DNA of 64,000 nt from Pseudomonadota bacterium. GTDB taxonomy: Bacteria; Pseudomonadota; Alphaproteobacteria; Sphingomonadales; Sphingomonadaceae. The stretch lies in contig JAZJYW010000006.1 of the NCBI GenBank assembly GCA_040390165.1, positions 122,985 to 186,984 on the forward strand, read 5' to 3'. Both the position numbers and the translations under genes were made by a program. Below the pieces are notes generated by a model. It searched no databases. It had not been told where the DNA came from and saw only the letters and a list, made by a program, of their open reading frames with translations. Positions 28,131 to 39,798 of this stretch are shown here, piece after piece. Position 1 is the stretch's first letter; each line of letters opens with the position of its first letter.

Positions 28131-28504
28131 TCGATCGCATCGACCATCTCGTCCTGACCGTGGCATCGATCGATACGACATGCGCCTTCTACTGCCGCGT
28201 CCTGGGCTTCGAGCGGCACGCAGCCGAGGGCAAGCCGACCGCGCTGGCGTTCGGCCATCAGAAAATCAACGTGCATCAGGCCGACCGGACCTTCGATCCG
28301 AAAGCGCGCTATCCAACGCCCGGCGCCGCGGATTTTTGCCTGATCACGTCCATGCCGATCGACGTCTTCGCGCTGCACCTCGAGCGCTGCGGCGTCGAAA
28401 TCGAAAAGGGCCCGATCGCGCGCACCGGCGCCATCGGCGCGATGATGTCGATCTATTTCCGTGACCCCGACGGCAATCTGGTCGAGGTCGGCCAGTATCT
28501 CTAG
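28127..28504 (+). CDS. VOC family protein, GLOD5/YaeR/STM3117-like
   Basis: MIDRIDHLVLTV, QKINVHQ, PTPGAADFCLIT, GPIARTGA, SIYFRDPDGNLVE. Confidence 0.9.
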   Translation: MIDRIDHLVLTVASIDTTCAFYCRVLGFERHAAEGKPTALAFGHQKINVHQADRTFDPKARYPTPGAADFCLITSMPIDVFALHLERCGVEIEKGPIARTGAIGAMMSIYFRDPDGNLVEVGQYL

Positions 28505-29613
28505 CCGCTCGCGCCGGGAGCCGACGCCAGGCCGCGATGCGCGCTGAATTCCGGAGATAGCGGCGGCACCGCGATGCCGAGCCGTTCGGCGACAATCTGG
28601 GTCGCAGTGTTGGCGTGCGCCATCTGCGTACCCGCCGGAAGCCGGCCGGCCTCGATCCCGATATCGGTCGCCCGGATCAACGTGGTGGCGATGAAGAACG
28701 CGCCGAGGAGAATAAAATAGTCGAGGTCGTGCACGTCCGCCTGCGCGGCATCGGAATAGTGGCGGATCACTTCGGCCTCGCTCGGCCACCCCGGCAATCG
28801 TTCCATTCCGATACTCTCGGCATGGAAGCGATCCATCATGATCCAATAGCCGATATCTAGACTGCGCGGGCCGACAAGCGCGCCCTCCCAGTCCAGCACC
28901 GCCGCAATCGACTGGTCCGGCCTGAACAGGATGTTGCCCGGCCGCGCGTCTCCCCAGAGCAGCACATCGTCTTCGTCGTGGAGACCCGGGCGATGCAGCA
29001 GCAGATAGTCGAGCGCCTGATCGGTGATCGGAAACCCCCGGCCGGCCGCTGCCCAGCGATACCAAACCGAAAGCTTCCGCAGATGCCGGTCGATGCCGCG
29101 GCCATCCTCTTCCTCTGCAACCAGGAAAGGATGGGACTGCCGCCAGTCGATGGCATGGATACCGGCGACGGCATCGAGACCGTTGAATGCCAGCGTTGTC
29201 CGTTGTCCGGAATCGAGCTCGGTCAACAGGCCCTGAACGTGCATCGACGGACGGCCAAGCGGCGCGCGGCCTTCGATATGGCGCATGACGAGGAACGGGG
29301 CGCCGAGCACTTCACCTGTTCCCTCGGCGCCCATCATGGCAGCAACCGGCACCGAACTGTGCCGCGCGACTCCATCGATCATGCGATATTCCCGGACGAT
29401 ATCGGGGGCCAGGAAGAGCTGGTTCCCGCGCTGCTCGAAACGGACCACGAATCGTTCTTCGGGGCGATCGGGCGCGCGGCGGCAGTGGAAGCTCAGGAGC
29501 TCGCTCGACTGGCCGCCCGCCAGTGGCTGCAACGAGGCGATCTCGCAGCGCTCGCCGAACGCAGGCTGGGTGCGCAGCCAGGCGGTCAGCCGCTCCTCGC
29601 GGTCACACGTCAT
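28501..29613 (-). CDS. Aminoglycoside-phosphotransferase-fold (ACAD10/11 N-terminal-like) protein
   Basis: GGQSSE loop, LGAPFLVM, LLWGDARPGNILF, VLDWE. Confidence 0.85.
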   Translation of the reverse strand: MTCDREERLTAWLRTQPAFGERCEIASLQPLAGGQSSELLSFHCRRAPDRPEERFVVRFEQRGNQLFLAPDIVREYRMIDGVARHSSVPVAAMMGAEGTGEVLGAPFLVMRHIEGRAPLGRPSMHVQGLLTELDSGQRTTLAFNGLDAVAGIHAIDWRQSHPFLVAEEEDGRGIDRHLRKLSVWYRWAAAGRGFPITDQALDYLLLHRPGLHDEDDVLLWGDARPGNILFRPDQSIAAVLDWEGALVGPRSLDIGYWIMMDRFHAESIGMERLPGWPSEAEVIRHYSDAAQADVHDLDYFILLGAFFIATTLIRATDIGIEAGRLPAGTQMAHANTATQIVAERLGIAVPPLSPEFSAHRGLASAPGASG

Positions 29614-30547
29614 GGGCGACCTGGATAAGAATCTTCGCATGCGGGCTGCCGTTTTGCGCCGCCCATGCCGCCTCGATATCGTCCAGCGCAAAGGTCACGG
29701 TATCGATTGACCATTTGCCCGCTTGGGCATAGCCGAGCAGGCGCATGAACGCGGCCTGGCGCTCCGCGGCGGAGCGGATGAGTTCGCCGGTATCGACGCC
29801 ATGATGATGCCGCCGCCGCAGCTCGGTCAGCGTCAGGGTCATCGTCCGTCCGGCGCGCGTGCCGATGCTCATCAGCCGCCCGCCCTCGGCAACCGATCGC
29901 ATCGCGGCTTCGGCCGGCGCCCCGAACAGGGGATCGAGCACGACATCATAGCCGCGATCGCCCTTTTCGGCCGCCAGCGCCGCATCGTCGTCGCCCTGCC
30001 CGAGCTGAGCGAAGGCATCGACGATCCCGCGCTCCTTCAGACGCTGCAGCCCCTCCAGCGAACGCGCCGCGCCTATGATCGTGCCTGCTCCCAGCTGACG
30101 GGCGACGAGCGCGCCGATCTGCCCGACCGGGCCCGTCACTCCGAGGATCAGCACGCGATCGCCGGATTGGATCCGCGCCTCTTCGAGCGGAATGATCGCC
30201 CCGATCCCGGCCAGCGCGAACGCGATCACCTGGCGTGCGTCGGCATCCTCGGGGATCGGCCAAACCTCCGCTTCGGGAACCACGGTGATCTCCGACATCG
30301 CACCCTGTTGCGGGAGCGAATGGCCGAAATAGACGCGCGTGCCGTCGGCGAGCCGGCCAATGCCCTCACCGCCGACGATGTAGGGAAATACCGGGCTCTT
30401 ATAGGTTCCGCGAACGCGCAGGACGTCCGTGGGCTGAAGCCCGGCCCATTCGACGCGGATGCGCAGCGCGCCCGGCGTTTCCGATGGTTCGGGAACGTCG
30501 CTCAGATAGGGGATCGTATTCAGGGCATCGACGACAGCGGCGCGCAT
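29603..30547 (-). CDS. MDR-family NADPH:quinone oxidoreductase-like protein
   Basis: PYIVGGEGIG, VLILGVTGPVG, YDVVLDPLFG; no catalytic Zn ligands. Confidence 0.85.
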   Translation of the reverse strand: MRAAVVDALNTIPYLSDVPEPSETPGALRIRVEWAGLQPTDVLRVRGTYKSPVFPYIVGGEGIGRLADGTRVYFGHSLPQQGAMSEITVVPEAEVWPIPEDADARQVIAFALAGIGAIIPLEEARIQSGDRVLILGVTGPVGQIGALVARQLGAGTIIGAARSLEGLQRLKERGIVDAFAQLGQGDDDAALAAEKGDRGYDVVLDPLFGAPAEAAMRSVAEGGRLMSIGTRAGRTMTLTLTELRRRHHHGVDTGELIRSAAERQAAFMRLLGYAQAGKWSIDTVTFALDDIEAAWAAQNGSPHAKILIQVAHDV

Positions 30548-30580
30548 TTCATTCTCCGTCTTGCAGCGGCCGCAGGACCG

Positions 30581-31474
30581 CTATTCGTCCCGGTAAGCGG
30601 CGTGCGCCACGTCGGACAGCATGTCGAGATGACGCGGCGTCCAGCCCAGCTCGGCGCGTGCACGGGGCGAGCGCGTGCGGCTGCACGTGCTCATGATGAT
30701 GAGCGCTAGGAACTTGCCCCAGATTTTGGCGGCCTCGTCGAAACCGATGCTGCGTGTCGCGCAACCGAGCTGCCCGGCAACACGTTCGGCCAGCGTCCGA
30801 TGCGCCACCTCCCCGGCGACGCAGTGATAGAGCGCGCCCGGCGTGCCCCGCTCGATGGCCAGCGCATAGGCTTCCGCCAGATCATCGACATGGACGTTCG
30901 AATAGAGGTTCAGTCCGCGCCCCAGATAGCAAACCTCGCCGGCTCGGGCGGCCGAAGCGTAGAAGGCCTCGATAAGCCCGCAACCGCCATGCCCCCAGAT
31001 CATCGGCGGCCGCACGACCATCGCGCGCACGCCGCGATCCGCCGCGCTTCGCACCAGTGTTTCGGTCTCGACACGCCGGACGAGCCACTTCGACGGGACG
31101 AAATCGTCGGCCTCGGCGAAGCTGTCCTCGGACCAGTCGCCATCGGTCTTCTGGCTGAGCACGCCGGAGCCCGAGGTGAAGATCAGGCTCTTGCCGCCGC
31201 CCGCCAGCCGCTCGACCAGCGCGGCGAGCGTATCGTACTCGGGCTCGAGAAGCAGCTGCGCCGCGTAAACCACGGCGTCAGCGTCCGTGATTGCCCGATC
31301 GAGGCTGTGGAGTTCGATCAGATCGCTGATCACCGGAAGCGCACCCAGCCCGGCCACGCGCTCCGCCCCGCCGGCCGAACGCGCCGTTCCCGACACCGCG
31401 TGCCCCGCGCGCACCAGCCTTTGCGCGATATGCGATCCGATATAGCCGGTCGCGCCGATCACAAGGACCTTCAT
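30581..31474 (-). CDS. NAD-dependent epimerase/dehydratase (atypical SDR)
   Basis: VLVIGATGYIG, FTSGSGV, VRPPMIWG, NVHVDDLA. Confidence 0.88.
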   Translation of the reverse strand: MKVLVIGATGYIGSHIAQRLVRAGHAVSGTARSAGGAERVAGLGALPVISDLIELHSLDRAITDADAVVYAAQLLLEPEYDTLAALVERLAGGGKSLIFTSGSGVLSQKTDGDWSEDSFAEADDFVPSKWLVRRVETETLVRSAADRGVRAMVVRPPMIWGHGGCGLIEAFYASAARAGEVCYLGRGLNLYSNVHVDDLAEAYALAIERGTPGALYHCVAGEVAHRTLAERVAGQLGCATRSIGFDEAAKIWGKFLALIIMSTCSRTRSPRARAELGWTPRHLDMLSDVAHAAYRDE

Positions 31475-31589
31475 GGGCCAACCCTGTCGGCCCGCGCAGC
31501 AACTTCAAAGACCCTGCGAAGGGACTGTTGTGCCGGCCACAGCCGGGCGAGATACGGGGTGTTCAGCTAAGCCAAAGGGAAGGCAGGTG

Positions 31590-32933
31590 ATGTCCGATCG
31601 CGTTGACGCCGATACCGTACCGCCCGATCCGACCCTGCCTAGCCCAGCCTATTCGAGATACGCCATCGGCCTGCTGATGGTGGTGTACATGTTGAGCTTC
31701 CTCGACCGTCAGGTGCTTTCGATCCTCGCCGAGCCGATCAAACGCGACCTCGGGCTGGCGGACTGGCAGGTCGGCGCGGTCAGCGGCCTGGCGTTCGCTC
31801 TGTTCTATACGCTGGTCGGCATTCCCGTGGCGCGCCTGTCAGAACGCGGGCATCGCCCGTACGTCATTGCGGCGGCGATCAGCGTCTGGAGCCTGTTCAC
31901 CATCCTGTGCGGCTTCGCGCGGAGCTTCTCGCACCTCGCGCTGGCGCGAGTCGGCGTCGGCACCGGCGAGGCGGGTTGCACGCCTCCGGCGCTGTCGCTG
32001 ATCGCGGACTATGTGCCACGCGAGCGGCGCTCGTCGGCGGTCGCGGTCTATATGGCCGGGGCGCCCGCCGGCGCTTTGCTCGGCATGGTCATCGGCGGCC
32101 TCGTCGCGAGCCACTGGGGATGGCGAACCGCATTCTTCGTCGCCGGCGCGCCGGGCGTGCTGGTTGCGATCCTCGTCGCGCTCACACTGTTCGAGCCGCG
32201 CCTCACCGCGCCGGCGCGGCCTGCCCCGGCTGCGGGGGAAAGCAAGGAAACGTTCGCGTCGACGTTGAAGGTCCTGCTGGCGAAGCGCACCTATCGCTTC
32301 ATCGTCGCCGCGGTGACGATGAAGGCATTCCTCCAATACAGCGTGCACGCCTTTCTCGGATCCTTCTTCTTCCGGAATCACGCGGGCGAGCTCGCCTCGA
32401 TGGCAAGCGGTTTCGGGCTCAAGCCGGTCGGCTTTCTGGGGATCGTGCTGGGGCTCGTCCTCGGCCTGTCCGGCGTGGTCGGATCGGTCCTTGGCGGCAG
32501 GTTCGCCGATCATTTCGCCCGCCGCGACATTCGCGCCCATATGACGATCCCGGCCATCGCGGTGCTCATCGGCACGCCCTTCTACGTCGCCGCCTTCCGG
32601 GTCGATTCGCTGGCGCTGGCGTTCGCCTTGCTGCTCGTGCCGGGCACGCTCAACGCGATGTATTACGGCCCGGCTTATGCGATCGTCCAGGGGCTGGTTC
32701 AGCCGTCGATGCGCGCCACCGCCACTGCCGTTTTGCTGTTCGTGATCAGCCTGGTGGGTCTGGGGTTCGGCCCGCTCGCAGTCGGCGTGCTGAGCGACGT
32801 GCTGGCGGCCCAGGGTCTCGGCGAAGCCGGCGGCATCCGCTGGGCGCTTACGCTCTCGGTTCTGGTCGCGATACCTGCGGCGCTCTGTTTCCTGGCGGCT
32901 CGCAAGAGTTTGAAAGCCGATCTCGTGAGCTGA
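31590..32933 (+). CDS. MFS transporter, Spinster-like
   Basis: LSFLDRQVLSILAEPIKRDLGLAD, RVGVGTGEAG, GWRTAFFVAG. Confidence 0.92.
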   Translation: MSDRVDADTVPPDPTLPSPAYSRYAIGLLMVVYMLSFLDRQVLSILAEPIKRDLGLADWQVGAVSGLAFALFYTLVGIPVARLSERGHRPYVIAAAISVWSLFTILCGFARSFSHLALARVGVGTGEAGCTPPALSLIADYVPRERRSSAVAVYMAGAPAGALLGMVIGGLVASHWGWRTAFFVAGAPGVLVAILVALTLFEPRLTAPARPAPAAGESKETFASTLKVLLAKRTYRFIVAAVTMKAFLQYSVHAFLGSFFFRNHAGELASMASGFGLKPVGFLGIVLGLVLGLSGVVGSVLGGRFADHFARRDIRAHMTIPAIAVLIGTPFYVAAFRVDSLALAFALLLVPGTLNAMYYGPAYAIVQGLVQPSMRATATAVLLFVISLVGLGFGPLAVGVLSDVLAAQGLGEAGGIRWALTLSVLVAIPAALCFLAARKSLKADLVS

Positions 32934-33015
32934 CACCACCGACCATGCCATCAAGAGCCGTCATTCAACAAAGCTCGGCCTTAAGACGACCTGCATTCGG
33001 CAGGAGAGGATAGCG

Positions 33016-34664
<1,649 letters not shown>

Positions 34665-34668
<4 letters not shown>

Positions 34669-36845
34669 ATCTCGAACTGTCCGAAGATCAGGAGATGCTG
34701 AAGGACGCGCTCACCCGCGCGTTCGCGAAGACCTCTTCCCCGGCACGAATTCGCGAGGCCGAGGGTCCCGGCCACGACCCGGTCACCTGGCAGGCATTCG
34801 TTGAAATGGGCCTGCCGCTGCTACGGGTTGCGGAGGAGCATGGCGGCGCCGGCGCTAGCCTGATGGACGCCGTCGTCGTCGCCGAGGTGTTCGGTGAGTT
34901 CGCGCCGGTGATCCCGGCGCTCGACGTCATCGTCGCGGCGCGCCTGCTGGCGCGCCTCGGCGGCGATGTGGCCGGCATCGCCGAAGGCAAGATCGCCGCG
35001 ATCGCCCTGCGCCCCGGAGACGGCACCGCGCAATTGATCGCCGCGGCCGGCGTGTCCGACAGCATCCTGTTCGTGAGTGGCGCGGAAGTGCGCGTCGCCG
35101 CCGGGCCCTTCGGGGAGCCGGAAGCCAATATCGGCTCGGGCGCGGCGCGCCGGATCGTGCTGGGTCCCGATATCGGCACGGCGCTGGCATCGGGGCCGGA
35201 CGCGGTTGCCGCGTATGCGGCGGCGATCGACGAATGGAAGCTGCTCAATGCCGCCGCCACGGCGTCCGCCGCGCGCAAGGCGATCCTGCTCGCGGCCGAC
35301 TATGCCAAGGAGCGCCATGCCTTTGGCCGGCCGATCGGCGGCTATCAGGGCCTCGCGCATCCGCTGGCCGAAGCGCATTGCGAAGTCGAGGGCGCGGCGC
35401 TTCTCGTATGGCGGACCGTCGAGGCGCTGAGCAACGGCACTGCCGAAGCCGGCGCAATGGTCCGGATGAGCGCATGGTGGGCGGCCGAAGCCTGCCGTCC
35501 CGCCGTGATCAAGGCGATGCGCGTGTTCGGCGGCTATGGCATGACCATGGAGTATGACGCGCAGATCTATTTTCGGCGGGTCACGCAATGGTCGTTGCTC
35601 GCGGGCAATCCGGACGACGACCTGCCGGTGATCGCCGATCGCTTGTGGTCCGGAGCGGCGGCCACGCTGCCGGACGCCGGCGCCACGGCGATCAGCTTCG
35701 AATATCCGGAAAGCGCGCTGCAGATCGCGGCCACGGTCCGCGCCATATTCGCCGAGCATGCCACGTTCGAGCGGCGCGAGCAGCAATTCGTCTCCGACGA
35801 TTTCTTCGATCCCGAACTGTACCGCAAGCTCGCGGCGATCAATTTGCTCTATCCGGACTGGCCGGTCGAACATGGCGGGAGCGCCTGCGATCGCTTCTCG
35901 GTTTCGGCGATCAAGAAGGTGTTCACCGAATTCGACTGGGGCCATGTCGTCATTTCGGTATCGGACATGCTCGGCAAGATGGTGCTCCATTTCGGCTCGG
36001 ACGAAGCGAAGGCGGAGATCCTGCCCAGGCTGGCCGCCGCCGAGGCCTATGCCGCATTGGGCTATTCGGAGCCATCCTGCGGCTCGGACATCTTCGCTGC
36101 CCGGACCAAGGCGGTCCGTGATGGCGACGATTGGGTGATCGACGGACAAAAAATGTTCACGTCGCAGGGGCATCTCGCGCAATATGCGCTGATGCTGACG
36201 CGAACCGGCGAGGACAAGCATGGCGGCGTGACGCTGTTCGCGCTGCCGCTCGATGCGGAAGGGTATCGCTGCGACGAGATCAAGACGATCGGCAATGAGC
36301 GGACCAACACCACTTTCTACGAAGGCGTGCGCGTCTCCGACGCCTACAGGCTGGGCGAGGTCAATGGCGGGGTGAAGGTGCTGGCCGCGGCGCTGACGAT
36401 GGAGCAGGGTTCGGGCGACCATTATGTCGGGGCGATCAAGAACATGCTGGAAGGCGCCGTGGAATGGGCGCGCGGCGCACAGCGCGGCGGCGGGCCCGCG
36501 ATCGAGGATCGGGGCATCCGCGCCGGGCTGGCGCGCTCGGCGGTGCGCCTCGAAGTCGTCGACGTGCTGAGCCGCCGGACCGCCTGGGGCGCCGGCGTCG
36601 ACAAGCCCCGCAAGCATTACGGCCCGGCCGCGAAGCTGTTCGGCAGTGAAAGCTGGGTGAAGTGCGGATCGGAACTGATGGCCCTCGCCGCGCCCGATAC
36701 GCTGCTGCAAGGCTTTACGGCGACCGGGCGGATCGAGCAGGACTATCGGCGCTCTGTGCCGAGCACGATCTATGCCGGCACCAGCGAGGTGCAGCGCAGC
36801 ATCGTGGCGGAGGCGGGTCTTGGCCTGCCGCGAACAAGGACCTGA
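34665..36845 (+). CDS. Fused two-module acyl-CoA dehydrogenase (FadE34/ChsE3-like architecture)
   Basis: 726 aa. Module 1: YAKERHAFGRPIGGYQ, FGGYGMTME. Module 2: GYSEPSCGSD, IDGQKMFTS, TIYAGTSEVQR. Confidence 0.9.
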
Positions 36846-36847
36846 CG

Positions 36848-37636
36848 ATGGCCGACACGCACACCATTTTGGAGCGCCAGGGAGCGATCCTGACCTTCGC
36901 CTTCGATCGGCCCGACAAATACAACGCCTTCACCCGGCCGATGCTGGCGGCGTTGCGCGATGCGTTCGAGACGTTCGCCAATGATGCCGATCTGCGCGTC
37001 CTGCTGATCCGCGCCACCGGCCGCTATTTCTCCTCGGGAATGGACGTGACTGCGCTTGGCGCCGGGCCGGCGGACGAAGGGCCTTCGGGGTTTCGCCGGC
37101 GCTATCGCGAAAGCGCCTGGCATCAGCTCTATGACGAGTTCGAAGCGATCGAGAAGCCGATCGTCGTGGCCCATCAGGGCCCGTGCCTCGGCGCCGCGCT
37201 GGAGATGTCGCTGTCGTGCGACTTCCGCCTCGCCAGCGACGCCGCGCATTATGCGCTTCCCGAACTCAACATGGGCATGATCCCCGGATCCGGCGGCACC
37301 AGCCGGCTGGTGCGGATGATCGGCGGGCATTGGGCGCGCTACATGATCATGGCCAATCGCCCGATCGGCGCGGATCAGGCGCTGACGGTGGGCCTGGTCC
37401 ACGAAGTTTATCCCGCGGCCGAGTTCGACCGCCGCGTCGACGAGTTCTGCCTCTCGCTGGCTGAACAGCCCCCGGAGGCGCTGGCCGCCGCCAAGCTGGC
37501 GATCGAGCTCGCCGCCGACCTCGACCGCACCCAGGCACGCAACGTCGAACGGCTGGCGAACAGCAGCCTGTTCGGGCGCGAGGAGCAGGCGCGCGTCTTC
37601 GCAGCACTCCGCGCACGCTTTTCCAAATCCAGCTGA
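36848..37636 (+). CDS. Enoyl-CoA hydratase (both catalytic Glu present)
   Basis: DRPDKYNA, FSSGMD, GPCLGAALE, ALPELNMGMIPGSGG. Confidence 0.9.
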   Translation: MADTHTILERQGAILTFAFDRPDKYNAFTRPMLAALRDAFETFANDADLRVLLIRATGRYFSSGMDVTALGAGPADEGPSGFRRRYRESAWHQLYDEFEAIEKPIVVAHQGPCLGAALEMSLSCDFRLASDAAHYALPELNMGMIPGSGGTSRLVRMIGGHWARYMIMANRPIGADQALTVGLVHEVYPAAEFDRRVDEFCLSLAEQPPEALAAAKLAIELAADLDRTQARNVERLANSSLFGREEQARVFAALRARFSKSS

Positions 37637-37842
37637 AATAATTCGAACAGGAGCCAGCAAAATACCTCACGATCTCGGTCGTCTCACGAAGATTTATCCG
37701 TCTATATGTAAAATAGTCCGTGCCCGTGTATTTGCAGCTAATGGTGCTGCACGATGTTGACGAAGCCCAGCCGATGCGTGATTTTCGATTTTGTCGCCTA
37801 TGACATTTCGAGATATCCTGTATCAACTTGGGAAGCGCGGAC

Positions 37843-39798
37843 GTGAATCGCGAATTCATTCGTAAGGCCGTTGAAGAGGCCGACCTCAACGCATTGCGCC
37901 TGGCGCTCCTGCAAGCCACTGGCGATCCGGAGTTCGCGTCGATCCCGGTCACGCGGATCGACGTGCGCGCCGGCGCGGGCACGACCTACGTCGTCGCCGA
38001 GGAGCATCGCCAGCGGCTGATCGAGCGGGCGGTCGAGTTCCTCAGCGACGATCCCGGGAAGCATGCGATCGGCGTGCCCAGCGACGAACATCTGCGCGCG
38101 ATGATGGAGCTCGTCGCCGGCGGAGAACCGATCGGCGACAGGGATTTCAATATCCGCAAGCCGGTCCCGGCGTTTGATGCCTATCCGCGCTGCGCCGATT
38201 GGCGCGACGGGCCGGTAACGCTTCCGGACGGCTTCCAGGTGGTCATCGTCGGCGCTGGCTTTAGCGGCCTGGGCATGGCGGTCCAGCTTGAGCGCCTCGG
38301 CATTCCCTACACGATCTACGAACGCCGTTCGGAGATCGGCGGCACGTGGAGCATCAACACCTATCCCGATGCCCGCGTCGATACGCCGAGCGCGATGTAC
38401 GAGTTCAGCTTCGAGAAGCTCTATCCCTGGACCGAGCATTTCGCCCGTCAAGCCGAGGTTCGCGCCTATCTCGAGCATATCGCCCGCAAGTTCGGCATCT
38501 TCGACAAGGTCCGCTTCAATCACGAGATCAAGGGCGGGCGCTTCGACGAAACCGACTCGCTGTGGCGGCTCGACATCGTCGATGAGGCCGGCGCGCAAAA
38601 ATCGGTGGCCGCCAATCACGTCGTCAGCGCATCGGGCCTGTTCTCGACGCCCCGAGAGCTGGCGGTCGAAGGCGTGGACCTGTTCGAGGGCGAGATCGTC
38701 CACAGCACCGAATGGGACGAACGGCACAGCGCCGCGGGCAAGACGGTAGCGGTAATTGGCAACGGCTCGACCGGCGTGCAGCTTCTCGACCGGATCTCGG
38801 ACGATGCGAATCGGACCTATGTGTTCCAGCGTACGCCGCAATGGATCACCCCGCGCGAACGCTATGGCGAAGCGATGAGCGCCGGCGACAGCTGGCTGCG
38901 CCGGAACATGCCCTATTACTGGAACTGGACGCGCTACACCGGCACGCTGCCGGTCCTCAATCTATACCAGTTCCTTGTGCCCGATCCCGAGTGGCAGGCG
39001 GCGGGCGGCCTGATCAACCAGCCGAACGACGCGCTGCGCGAGGCGATGACCCAATATATCGTCCAGCAGGTCGATGGCCGGCCGGATCTGGTCGAGAAGC
39101 TCGTCCCGCGTCACGCGCCGTTCTCGCGGCGATTGATCGTCGACAATGGCTGGTACCGCTCGCTGCTCAAGGAGGATGTCGAGCTGGTCACGGCGCCGAT
39201 CAGCCGCCTGACGCCGACGGGGATCGTCACGGCCGACGGCGAAGAGCGCGACGTCGACATGATCGTCACTGCGATCGGCTTCAGTGTCGAGAAATATGTG
39301 TGGCCGTCGGACTATGTCGGGCGGGGCGGGGCGCATCTTCAGGAGCGGTGGAGCAAGGACGGCGCCCGCGCCTATCTGGGCATGATGATCGACGGTTTCC
39401 CCAATTTCTTCGTGCTCTATGGCCCCAATTCGCAAAGCGTCAGCGGCGGCGGCGGCACGATCCCGACCCAGATCGAAATGTGGACCAAATATATCGCGCA
39501 GGTGATCGTCGACACGATCGAGCACGGCCAGGCCGCAGTGGAAGTGACCCACGCCGCCTTCGAATCCTATAACGAACGCATGGACGAGGCCGCCACCGGG
39601 CTGATCTGGCTGACCGACACGGCATCCACCGACCGGAATTATTACGTCAAGGACGGGCGCCTGCAGGTCAACATACCGTGGCATTATCAGGTCTGGCACG
39701 AGCTGCTGGCCAGGCCCGATCTTTCGGACATGGCATTGACCGGCGGGGAGCCTCAGGGGGTTGCGGAATCCGCCTCGCCCGTCAGGCTATCGGCATAG
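37843..39798 (+). CDS. Type I Baeyer-Villiger monooxygenase with N-terminal extension (4-hydroxyacetophenone monooxygenase-like)
   Basis: VIVGAGFSG, GGTWSINTYPDARVD, fingerprint FEGEIVHSTEWD, IGNGSTG, FPNFFVLYGPN. About 130-aa N-extension; start could be 37828. Confidence 0.9.
   Translation: MNREFIRKAVEEADLNALRLALLQATGDPEFASIPVTRIDVRAGAGTTYVVAEEHRQRLIERAVEFLSDDPGKHAIGVPSDEHLRAMMELVAGGEPIGDRDFNIRKPVPAFDAYPRCADWRDGPVTLPDGFQVVIVGAGFSGLGMAVQLERLGIPYTIYERRSEIGGTWSINTYPDARVDTPSAMYEFSFEKLYPWTEHFARQAEVRAYLEHIARKFGIFDKVRFNHEIKGGRFDETDSLWRLDIVDEAGAQKSVAANHVVSASGLFSTPRELAVEGVDLFEGEIVHSTEWDERHSAAGKTVAVIGNGSTGVQLLDRISDDANRTYVFQRTPQWITPRERYGEAMSAGDSWLRRNMPYYWNWTRYTGTLPVLNLYQFLVPDPEWQAAGGLINQPNDALREAMTQYIVQQVDGRPDLVEKLVPRHAPFSRRLIVDNGWYRSLLKEDVELVTAPISRLTPTGIVTADGEERDVDMIVTAIGFSVEKYVWPSDYVGRGGAHLQERWSKDGARAYLGMMIDGFPNFFVLYGPNSQSVSGGGGTIPTQIEMWTKYIAQVIVDTIEHGQAAVEVTHAAFESYNERMDEAATGLIWLTDTASTDRNYYVKDGRLQVNIPWHYQVWHELLARPDLSDMALTGGEPQGVAESASPVRLSA

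Noticed and set aside
28501-29613. Aminoglycoside resistance gene
   Set aside because: Length, motifs and context match the metabolic ACAD10/11-like APH-fold family, not APH(3')/(6) enzymes.
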